From IMG/VR virus record IMGVR_UViG_3300023283_000182, positions 1-41,994 of that record: DNA of 41,994 bases, one strand, 5' to 3'. Shown here piece after piece: positions 34,131 through 41,994 of this stretch. Made by a program: the position numbers and the translations under genes. This DNA comes from a virus. Lineage: Duplodnaviria > Caudoviricetes. The notes under the pieces were generated by a model. The model did no database searches and was not told the DNA's origin. It was given only the letters and a program-made list of their open reading frames with translations. Every line of letters starts with the position of its first letter. Within the stretch, counting starts at the first letter, position 1.

Positions 34131-35098
34131 GTTTCTACGAAACCCTCTTTCCGACGGATATCAGCTACGGCTCCGCTGGTGGCATCGGATTCCGTACGGT
34201 CGTGCTTCCTCTGGACAGCGGACACGAAGTACGGTTCTCACGATGGAGTTCTGGACGGCATCGCTATGATGTATCCTATGGGATCAAGACGTGGGAGCAA
34301 CTGACGACGCTGAAGAATTTCTTCGTGTCGATGCAGGGCGCAGCGCACGGGTTCCGATTCAAAGACTTTCTGGACTGCACAACCGCCGGAACATCGGTTG
34401 CGCTGGAACTTAGCGGGGACGCTCCAGCGCATGACGATGAAGTCCTGGTCGAGGTGGAGGCCGGATTAAAGTATCAGCTTGTCAAGAGGTACTCTGAAGG
34501 GACGGTCACGAGAGTTCGGAATATCAGCAAGCCGGTAGGAGGAACGGTGAGGATCGGTGTGAACGGAGTAGATACAGGCTCCGGGTGGTCGGTGGACACG
34601 ACCACAGGGATCATCACTTTCGGGGCTGATCAAACGGGCAATGCAATTACCGGCGGGTGCGAGTTCGACGTTCCTTGTCGGTTCGGTGAAACGTCCGATG
34701 AGGCGTTGAAGGCAGCGATCTCTGAATTCGAAACCGGTGGGATAAATACGCCCGTCGAGATCGTCGAGATACTTGACACTGGACCTGCGACTGATGACAT
34801 GTTCTTCGGCGGCGCGGTGGAGCTCAGCATCAGCGAGAACACGACCCTGGCGCTGGGGAACGGCCGGTTGCAGGTGATCGATGCCACGGCAACAGGGTTA
34901 GACATAGATCTCCCCGATCCGACGGATCTCCCAACAGGGTGGCCGTTGATGGTCGTGGTGAATATCGGATCCAACACGTTCACCTTGCGGGACCACCTTG
35001 CAGCCACTGTCATGACAATGGGATCAAACGATCTCGTTGAATTAGGGATTACTTTGGATTCTGGTGGATCCAAGATCTGGATGGGCGCTGGCCGATGA
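34127..35098 (+). CDS. Distal tail protein (DUF2460, GTA-like) with C-terminal extension
   Basis: FPTDISYGS.GG..F.T, GFRFKD..D, EFDVPCRF. Confidence 0.88.
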   Translation: MSFYETLFPTDISYGSAGGIGFRTVVLPLDSGHEVRFSRWSSGRHRYDVSYGIKTWEQLTTLKNFFVSMQGAAHGFRFKDFLDCTTAGTSVALELSGDAPAHDDEVLVEVEAGLKYQLVKRYSEGTVTRVRNISKPVGGTVRIGVNGVDTGSGWSVDTTTGIITFGADQTGNAITGGCEFDVPCRFGETSDEALKAAISEFETGGINTPVEIVEILDTGPATDDMFFGGAVELSISENTTLALGNGRLQVIDATATGLDIDLPDPTDLPTGWPLMVVVNIGSNTFTLRDHLAATVMTMGSNDLVELGITLDSGGSKIWMGAGR

Positions 35099-36408
35099 TA
35101 TCTCAGAAATCCCACTATGGCGGCGGGGTGTGGGTCGGAAATAGCGATTACTCGCTCAGTCCGCATAACGATAGGGGTCTCATCCTTGCGCAGACTGCAG
35201 GAATCCGCAAGCTGATCATGCCGGACGCGCGGGATCTCCTGCTTGGCTTCGAATTCACGGTCATGGACCCCGACGGTACGGGGGGGATTGTGTGTCGTCG
35301 GTTCGATGATTCCGCTTTTTTCGATGAGACAGATGTTTTGAACTATAAAAGTCCGGCAAGTCGTAAAGCCGATTCGGCATTCGGACTGCGCATGTGGCTT
35401 GCTCGAAATGACACGGGATTCGGGAAATGGGTGTCCACTGTTCTCGAGTACTCGGATCCATCTGTCTTACGATTCGGGTCACACGGCGTTGTTAAGACGA
35501 CTCTCGTGTATCCCCGGCCAGCCTTGGCGACTCCGCCATGCGGGTTCGCGTCCTGGAAGCTAGTGGACTGCAACAATTCGTTGAGCGTAGTGTTCAGCAA
35601 TTCAGAACTTGCGGACTTCAATGGCAAGGTTGTAAAGAGCGCTGATCTACCGAACAGCAACTGTTGGGCTGTGAGCGATCACAATGACTTTGAGGACGTC
35701 GTACAGTCCGTGGCAGTGGATGAGAGCTACGATGATTGCGACGTAGTGGAATGTTCAGAACCTGTACCTCAATCTTGCATAGTGACTGCCGACGGAACAG
35801 ACGACACTCCGTTCCATACTTACTGTCTCCAAAATCTTCCGACTAACACAGTTGGAAGTCTTGCGAGTGATCCAGAATTCGGGTTCGTCCATTACGAAGA
35901 TTCTCCGATTCTTTCAACCCTCGGTCTTCGGTGGCAAGATCCAAACGAACCGAGCGGAGTTATTCAGGAGGGGGATGTGGACGTATGTGATGCCGTTCTA
36001 CGGCCCCTCTATAAGACAGAATGGGATACTCCGTGGGCAGGTCAGTTGAGAGTGGCGCTGTCCGGACGGTGGCTGTTTACGGCGCTTTGGGCCGAATCTT
36101 TTGCTCCGTCTTTTGAAGGCGTAGAAAACGGCGCATACTACGACATTGACGATAAGCTCTGGCATCTGAAGATCAGAGGGTGGGCGGGACCGTGGAAGGG
36201 GGAATTCAATGAAACGAATGCTCCGATGATATGGCATGGAACGAAATCATACGGCCCCACCCCTGCTGGGACGTACTCCCGAATCGGCGGGGCAGATACG
36301 GGTACTCCTACAATCAGTGTTGTTCGAGGCATTGATAATGACGAAGCGCAGGCCGCAGAGGGTAGCTTCGTCTGTAACTATCTCTATGGTCCGCCGCTGG
36401 GAGTCTAA
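35095..36408 (+). CDS. Uncharacterised Cys-containing tail accessory protein
   Basis: 437 aa with an ATGA overlap. The N-terminus resembles the C-terminal extension of the preceding gene. Confidence 0.7.
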   Translation: MISQKSHYGGGVWVGNSDYSLSPHNDRGLILAQTAGIRKLIMPDARDLLLGFEFTVMDPDGTGGIVCRRFDDSAFFDETDVLNYKSPASRKADSAFGLRMWLARNDTGFGKWVSTVLEYSDPSVLRFGSHGVVKTTLVYPRPALATPPCGFASWKLVDCNNSLSVVFSNSELADFNGKVVKSADLPNSNCWAVSDHNDFEDVVQSVAVDESYDDCDVVECSEPVPQSCIVTADGTDDTPFHTYCLQNLPTNTVGSLASDPEFGFVHYEDSPILSTLGLRWQDPNEPSGVIQEGDVDVCDAVLRPLYKTEWDTPWAGQLRVALSGRWLFTALWAESFAPSFEGVENGAYYDIDDKLWHLKIRGWAGPWKGEFNETNAPMIWHGTKSYGPTPAGTYSRIGGADTGTPTISVVRGIDNDEAQAAEGSFVCNYLYGPPLGV

Positions 36409-36410
36409 TT

Positions 36411-37220
36411 ATGTTTTACCACGTATTCTGGTCGCCGCCGACTCATCGCCCAGAATCTCGCTATGCGCGATTCGATAGCTGGGAGGCGTTACGCGCTTCG
36501 TTCATGTTGTCTGCGGACTGCGTTCATCGAATCGGAGGAAACATAGAACTGATAACTGATGCTCCTGGAAGCTCACGAGTAAACGCTCGCCCGTACTCCG
36601 CAGTGAGATTCTGGCTCGACGATCTGGCAGAGGATCCTCGGTTATTTATGGTCGGAAAGCTAGCAGCGTGGAGGAGACTTCGAGCCCCCTTTACTCTGAT
36701 TGATGGAGATGCGTTTCTGACAGAGCAGCTTCCGGATACGGACTTCATTCGTGTTCAGCATATCGAACGAGGTGCCGTCTTCAACCGCGTCTACACAGAA
36801 ACAGTGAAAGAGCTCTCGAAGGATGGACTGAAGGTACCGGATGTTTGGGAACGTGCGATAGAATTCGGCGGCTCTGTGAACGTAGGAATCGTAGATCTTA
36901 GATCTGAGGCTATTCGCGAGCAGTTCGTAAACGAGATATCTCAGATCTTGAACCCAGAGATGCGAATGTTCTTGGACCGGCAACTGAAGTCCAGTCGAGC
37001 TACATACGTCAACTGTTGCGTAGAACAGTTGACGCTCACGGGCGTTCTGCTGCGAAGCGGCGTAAAGATAGATACGGTTTATCGCAGCAACGATTATGGA
37101 GCTCTCAAGGAAGAAGCCAAAGCTCGACCTCGACTAATACATGCGATTGGACCGAGTAAGTCAGGAGAGTACCTCAAAGCTGTAAAGGACAGAGTAGATG
37201 AGTGCGCCGGTACCGCTTAA
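36411..37220 (+). CDS. DUF6734-like putative GT-A glycosyltransferase
   Basis: LITD, GKLAAW, PF.LIDGDAFL (DxD), NVGI, EQ..L and H.IG..K. Confidence 0.55.
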   Translation: MFYHVFWSPPTHRPESRYARFDSWEALRASFMLSADCVHRIGGNIELITDAPGSSRVNARPYSAVRFWLDDLAEDPRLFMVGKLAAWRRLRAPFTLIDGDAFLTEQLPDTDFIRVQHIERGAVFNRVYTETVKELSKDGLKVPDVWERAIEFGGSVNVGIVDLRSEAIREQFVNEISQILNPEMRMFLDRQLKSSRATYVNCCVEQLTLTGVLLRSGVKIDTVYRSNDYGALKEEAKARPRLIHAIGPSKSGEYLKAVKDRVDECAGTA

Positions 37221-38088
37221 CCTGTTGAACAGGCTTACGACTGAAACGGTGAAGCACCTTGCTCGTCTTTACGAAGTGACGCGCACGGACGGGGTGGTCC
37301 TGCGTTTCACCGATACAGATCGTCTGATCATCTTTGAAGGCGAAGAGTTTACGCCGGTCGGTGGAGTACAAACCTCAGCGCTCCAGCACAAGGGTGGCCT
37401 CAAAGAACGAAATTCTGAGATCGTCGGCGTTCTCTCCTCAGATAGCATCACATTCGATGACCTTCGGGCTGGTCGGTACAACGACGCTCGTATTCGGGAG
37501 TACTTCATAGATGCGAGGTACCCCTTCGCCGGCGCACTGTTTTTTGTGGACTTCTGGGTCGTCGAGACTGTGTGGTCAGGGGAGCAGTGGAACGTCCAGA
37601 TTTCTACACTTCCGACAAAGCTTCGACGTGAGGTCGGCGACGTCTATGGGAAGACTTGCAGGTACGACCTGGGAGATAGCCGGTGTCAGGTAGATCTGAA
37701 CCTCATGACCCTGACATCCAAGCAGGTGACTTCCGTAAATGACCCACGCTTGGAATTTGAGCTGAACGTTACAGATGTCCTGGATGTCACCGGAAGCAGC
37801 GCCCCAGATGAAGACGGGTGGTTCAATCACGGGAAAATTACGTGGACATCCGGGAATAACGTCGGGTTGGTGTCTGAGATCTTGGATTGGAACTCAGTCA
37901 CGAAAATCGCGATCCTGAACCTCAAACTGCCCGACGATGTTCAGACCGGTGATCAATTAGACATCAGTCCGGGGTGCGATAAGCTCCTCAGCACGTGTCG
38001 TGATAAGTTCAATAATGTCGAACTCCACGGAGGCTTCCCGACGATTCCCGGTACCGACGCTATGATGGATACTCCTGATGCCAAGTAA
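37198..38088 (+). CDS. Baseplate hub (DUF2163/BR0599, GTA-like)
   Basis: RTDGVVLRFTD.D, DLRAGRY, CRYDLGD.RC, GCDK...C..KFNN...GGFP.IPG. Confidence 0.9.
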   Translation: MSAPVPLNLLNRLTTETVKHLARLYEVTRTDGVVLRFTDTDRLIIFEGEEFTPVGGVQTSALQHKGGLKERNSEIVGVLSSDSITFDDLRAGRYNDARIREYFIDARYPFAGALFFVDFWVVETVWSGEQWNVQISTLPTKLRREVGDVYGKTCRYDLGDSRCQVDLNLMTLTSKQVTSVNDPRLEFELNVTDVLDVTGSSAPDEDGWFNHGKITWTSGNNVGLVSEILDWNSVTKIAILNLKLPDDVQTGDQLDISPGCDKLLSTCRDKFNNVELHGGFPTIPGTDAMMDTPDAK

Positions 38089-38578
38089 GGCAGACCTAGT
38101 TCGTGAAGCACGAGAATTCCTCGGGACACCGTTTCACCACTGTGGACGAAGCAGGCTCGGCATAGATTGCGTAGGTCTGTTATCATGTTCATTCAAGGCG
38201 GTCACGGGCCACGTTAAAGACATCCGGTCGTACGAAAGGACAGCTTCAGGAGAAAAGATGCTGAAGGTCATTGAAGCGAACGGACTCTTTCGTACGGAGA
38301 ATCCTGAGATCGGTGACGTTCTGATCCTCTGGATAACGAAGCGTTGTAACGCTGAGCACGCCGCGATCCTCACAGATCGTGGGATCATTCACGCGACGCA
38401 ATTGGAAGGACGTGTCGTAGAACACAACCTGAACGACTGGTGGGCAAGTCGTATTATCCGGGCATATTCAACTGGCTGGGCTTCCGCAGGAAGCCCACAG
38501 GCTTCGTTTAAGCCGTCCGTAGCGGCGAAGGCGGGTTTGGTCCGGGCAAAGCGTAGGCGGGGCTGCAAGGGCTGCTAA
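38078..38578 (+). CDS. NlpC/P60 tail peptidase
   Basis: GTPFHH.GR...GIDCVGL, HAAI, IIHA. Confidence 0.9.
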   Translation: MPSKADLVREAREFLGTPFHHCGRSRLGIDCVGLLSCSFKAVTGHVKDIRSYERTASGEKMLKVIEANGLFRTENPEIGDVLILWITKRCNAEHAAILTDRGIIHATQLEGRVVEHNLNDWWASRIIRAYSTGWASAGSPQASFKPSVAAKAGLVRAKRRRGCKGC

Positions 38579-40893
38579 TGGCGACTATAGGCTTGGCAAT
38601 CGTGGGGTCTGCAATAGGGCCGTCCATCTTCGGTGGCGGGTTCCTCGGATTCACCGGTGCGCAGCTTGGAGGGATTATCGGTGGTCTCGCCGGTTCAATT
38701 ATTGACCAGACTCTTTTGCTTCCCGCCGCGCAGCGAGGCCAAGACATCCAGGGTCCTCGGGTTGACGATTTACAGTTACAGACGGCAAGCGAGGGATCCC
38801 CTATACGGAGATGCTTCGGAGCTCAGGTTCGTGTCGCCGGGAACCTGATCTGGCTATTCGAAGATTCTAACGGCAAGCGGTTTCGCGAAGTCTCATCTAC
38901 ACAGAAGTCCGGCGGAAAGGGGGGTGGCCCCGAAGTATCCCAGACAACGTTCACGTATTTCACCGATGTCGCGATCGGGGTCTGTGAAGGCGAAATCGAG
39001 GGGATCCAGCGAGTCTGGGCGAACGGGAAATTGATCTTTGAACAGGGCGGAGAGCCCGATGCACGGTACACTTCCCTGACTGTGTATCGAGGGACTGATT
39101 CTCAGAACGCAGATCCGACGATCCAAGCTAATGAAGGCATTGACGATACTCCGACTTACCGAGGCCACGCTTACGTCGTCATCAAGAACCTGGAATTGAG
39201 CGATTTCGGCAACAGACTCCCGAACTTCGAATTCGAAGTTCGGGAGAAAGCGAGCAAGCCGCTGCGGGAGGCCATCGGGGACATCCTCGAATTCGGCGGC
39301 CTTGATTCCAGTCGATACGACGTAACTCGGGTGAATCAATGTATCCGCGGATACGCTGTTGCAGGCCCCCAGAGTACGGTCAGGACCCTGGAACCACTGC
39401 TCTTGTTCTACGACCTATTAGTCCAAGAGATCAACGGCACACTGTTCTTCTTTCATCTCGGAGATGAGCCTTCTCAGGCGCTTGATCCGAAAGATATCCT
39501 GGACGTCGAGATGAGCCCATTCGAGATGAGCTCTGTTAGTGGTCTCGATTTGCCCAGAGAAGTGAATGTTAATTATCTCGATCCAAAGAGAAGACTGCAA
39601 CGGGGGAGCCAGCGGGAGCGCAGGAACTCCGGACCATCTGAGGTAGTAGAAACGGTGGATCTCCCGCTGGTCGTGGCAGCGCAGGAAGCGAGAAACTTCG
39701 CAGCGCGGAGGCTTTGGCGAAGCTGGTCAGAGCGTGTGCAGGTGACGATCAAACTTTCGTCTCGATTTCTCCACCTTCTTGAGTCAGACAGTGTCGCGTT
39801 TACTCATGAAAATGAATCCTTCACGATGCGGGTGCTTGGCATCGAGAAGGGTAACGATATGTCCATATCGTTGCAGGGCCTCTTAACAGAATCGCAAGCG
39901 CTGAATCAGAACATCCTCGCTGAAGAGGGCGACTTTAGCTTCGGGGAGACGTATATACCTCCGGAAGTCGAGTTGCTGATAATGGATCTTCCGCCTATTA
40001 GGGATGGCGATGCTGTATCCGCAGGGTACTACTTCGCTGCAAGCGCCAAGGACTTCAATGCGCTCTGGAGAGGCGGAGTCCTGTTCGAGAGCTTTAACGG
40101 CAGCACGTTCGACAGGGTCCGGGGCTTCCCTGCTGAAGCTGTGATTGTTCAAGCCAACACGGCACTTCCGGATGGTCCGGTTGGTGTGTGGGATCGCGGC
40201 AGTACAGTAGAGGTCACAGTCCTTCACGGAGAACTTGCCAGCGATTCAAAAGACAACGTACTGAACGGGAGTAACGTTCTCTTACTCGGGCAGGAAATAA
40301 TCGCCTTCCAGACAGCGACGCTTATCGATACTAACAAGTATCGACTGAGCAACCTGATTCGCGGTCTTCGAAATACGGAGGAACACACGGATGCGCATAC
40401 TTCATCAGATCGTGGAGTGTTGTTGACCGGCGGGGGCGTAGCGTTCATCGCTATCTCCTCTTCTGCGATTGGGACCATAAGAGAATTCAAGGCTATCGGT
40501 AGTGGCGGAGACGTTAGTGTCGCTGATTCCGAAACGGAAGAGCTCAACGCTGAGACGCTGAAGTCTTTTTCTCCCGCGAATATAGAAGGCGAACGCGACG
40601 GTTCGGACAACCTGACTATCTCATGGCAGAGGCGCAGCAGAGCGATCACCACTGTGATCCCCGGCCCTGGATCTGCCCCGCTGATGCCAGATGAGAATCC
40701 GGAGGCGTACGAAGTGGACATTATGTCCGGCTCCACGGTTCTCAGAACCATCGAAGCTGATTCTGAAACAGCGGAGTACACAGCAGCAGAACAGACTTCA
40801 GATGGTCTGACACCCGGCGACCCGGTTACTGTTCGGATCTACCAGATCAACAGTTCGGTCGGACGAGGCCGAAAGGGAGAGGCGACAATATGA
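38578..40893 (+). CDS. GTA-type central tail/host-specificity protein
   Basis: GPRVDDL, G..RVAGNLIW, PTYRG.AYVV..L.L.DFGNRLPN..FEV, YRLSNLIRG, ISWQRRSR, YEVDI. Confidence 0.9.
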   Translation: MATIGLAIVGSAIGPSIFGGGFLGFTGAQLGGIIGGLAGSIIDQTLLLPAAQRGQDIQGPRVDDLQLQTASEGSPIRRCFGAQVRVAGNLIWLFEDSNGKRFREVSSTQKSGGKGGGPEVSQTTFTYFTDVAIGVCEGEIEGIQRVWANGKLIFEQGGEPDARYTSLTVYRGTDSQNADPTIQANEGIDDTPTYRGHAYVVIKNLELSDFGNRLPNFEFEVREKASKPLREAIGDILEFGGLDSSRYDVTRVNQCIRGYAVAGPQSTVRTLEPLLLFYDLLVQEINGTLFFFHLGDEPSQALDPKDILDVEMSPFEMSSVSGLDLPREVNVNYLDPKRRLQRGSQRERRNSGPSEVVETVDLPLVVAAQEARNFAARRLWRSWSERVQVTIKLSSRFLHLLESDSVAFTHENESFTMRVLGIEKGNDMSISLQGLLTESQALNQNILAEEGDFSFGETYIPPEVELLIMDLPPIRDGDAVSAGYYFAASAKDFNALWRGGVLFESFNGSTFDRVRGFPAEAVIVQANTALPDGPVGVWDRGSTVEVTVLHGELASDSKDNVLNGSNVLLLGQEIIAFQTATLIDTNKYRLSNLIRGLRNTEEHTDAHTSSDRGVLLTGGGVAFIAISSSAIGTIREFKAIGSGGDVSVADSETEELNAETLKSFSPANIEGERDGSDNLTISWQRRSRAITTVIPGPGSAPLMPDENPEAYEVDIMSGSTVLRTIEADSETAEYTAAEQTSDGLTPGDPVTVRIYQINSSVGRGRKGEATI

Positions 40894-41392
40894 GCTCTAC
40901 ACCGAATCTATTGATCAACCGGTTCATCGAAGGCGTCTTAGCCCACGTCACGCTAAATGATGCGATGATGGTTCTGGACGTCTTTGCGATCCTGAACATC
41001 CTCGATCGCGACCTCACTGGACCTCCCGGGGGAGAATCCGAAGGGGACGCGTATATTGTTGCTGCAACCGCGACCGGAGATTGGGACGGTGAAGACGGAA
41101 CGTCGCGTATTTCAACGGCGGTGGATGGAGCTTCGTCCCTCCGAAGGAAGGCATGAAGGCATGGATCGCTGATGAGGATCTATTGTTGGTTTATGACGGA
41201 TCTGCGTGGATTCGACCGCCTCTTGCCATGCAGGAACTTAGTTCTGATCCAGCGGATCCGCCTGCGGGTTCATCCATCATCTGGCAATCTGATGGGACAG
41301 GCAGTGGAGATGATGGGGACATTATGGTCAAGATAACAGACAACGGCGGAACTACGAAGACAACGACCCTCGTTGACTTCAGCGCTATTTAG
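40890..41392 (+). pseudogene. DUF2793 tail protein split by a single-base frameshift near 41099
   Basis: Frame 40890 reads ...GDWDGEDG. The -1 frame continues NVAYFNGGGWSFVPPKEGMKAWIADED, matching the intact paralogue downstream. Confidence 0.8.
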
Positions 41393-41400
41393 GAGAAGGC

Positions 41401-41994
41401 ATGAGCTCGACATCCAAATTATCCATCGTTCGGCTGGTCGAGGACCAGAAGTCTCCTGAGGTCCCAATCAATGAGGCTCTGAATAGGCTTGATGTCGCAG
41501 TTCAGATGAGTGTGATCGACCGGGATCTAACCCAAGCTCCTCCGGATCCTGCAGACGGAGATGCGTATCTCGTCGCGGTGGGGGCTACGGGTGAATGGGT
41601 ATCTCATGATGGAGAGATAGCGTACTACTCGAACGGGTGGCGGTATATCGTTCCGAAGGAAGGAATGCGCCTGTGGGTAGATGATGAAGATATTGCGCTG
41701 AATTTCAACGGATCGACCTGGAGCCAAGCGGATACGGGACTAACCTCCATCTCCCAAGATGAATCCCCTGAACTCAGCGAAGACTTGAACGCTGCCGGGA
41801 ACAGGATCACTAACCTTGAAGATGGGGCTGATGACCAGGATGCGACGTCTATAGCACAGCTTTCTTCTCATACCGGCCGGACCGACAACCCTCACGGAGT
41901 TACTAAGGGTCAAGTCGGCTTGGGGAATGTCGATAACACCGCTGATGCGAACAAGCCGGTTAGTACGGACCAACAGACGCTTCATGACTCACAC
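41401..41994 (+). CDS. DUF2793-domain tail fibre, truncated by the window end (absent from the ORF track)
   Basis: AGGAG SD. Open for 198 codons: MSSTSKL...NEALNRLD...GDAYLV...W..HDG.IAYY..GW...PKEG, then NPHGVTKGQVGLGNVDNT.D..KPVST. Confidence 0.88.
   Translation, partial: MSSTSKLSIVRLVEDQKSPEVPINEALNRLDVAVQMSVIDRDLTQAPPDPADGDAYLVAVGATGEWVSHDGEIAYYSNGWRYIVPKEGMRLWVDDEDIALNFNGSTWSQADTGLTSISQDESPELSEDLNAAGNRITNLEDGADDQDATSIAQLSSHTGRTDNPHGVTKGQVGLGNVDNTADANKPVSTDQQTLHDSH

Noticed and set aside
34127-40893. Gene transfer agent cluster
   Set aside because: Only the tail tip is GTA-like. The P22-type capsid, DUF4055 portal, long tape measure and DNA metabolism genes indicate a true phage.
1-41994. 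Retron, diversity-generating retroelement, intein or group I/II intron
   Set aside because: No reverse transcriptase, template/variable repeat pair or homing endonuclease was seen. terL, nrdJ and the capsid gene are uninterrupted.

Overview
This is a ~42 kb internal segment of a GC-rich tailed dsDNA phage (siphovirus type, with a GTA/RcGTA-like tail tip). Every credible gene is on the + strand and both ends cut through ORFs. Layout: (1) a repeat-rich non-coding block at 81-630; (2) small early genes, a beta-class DNA methyltransferase and a minimal ATP-dependent DNA ligase; (3) a tightly coupled DNA base-hypermodification operon with two aGPT-PPlase/amino acid:DNA transferase-family genes and a P-loop kinase. 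This operon unexpectedly also carries a sulfotransferase, an arginase-family hydrolase and a degenerate paralogue of that hydrolase; (4) class II ribonucleotide reductase and a J-domain/VRR-NUC fusion; (5) an ~830 bp non-coding array of nested inverted repeats whose core motif recurs at 415-435; (6) terminase, a membrane/secreted gene block, a DUF4055 portal, a 1310 aa MuF head protein with kinase-like and ADP-ribosyltransferase-like domains, scaffold, P22-type capsid, neck, tail tube, frameshifted chaperone, tape measure and tail tip/fibres. The best candidate for a new system is the sulfotransferase + arginase-pair hypermodification pathway. All family assignments come from recalled motifs, not database searches. 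No tRNA, CRISPR array, integrase, DNA polymerase or endolysin was recognised in the window.
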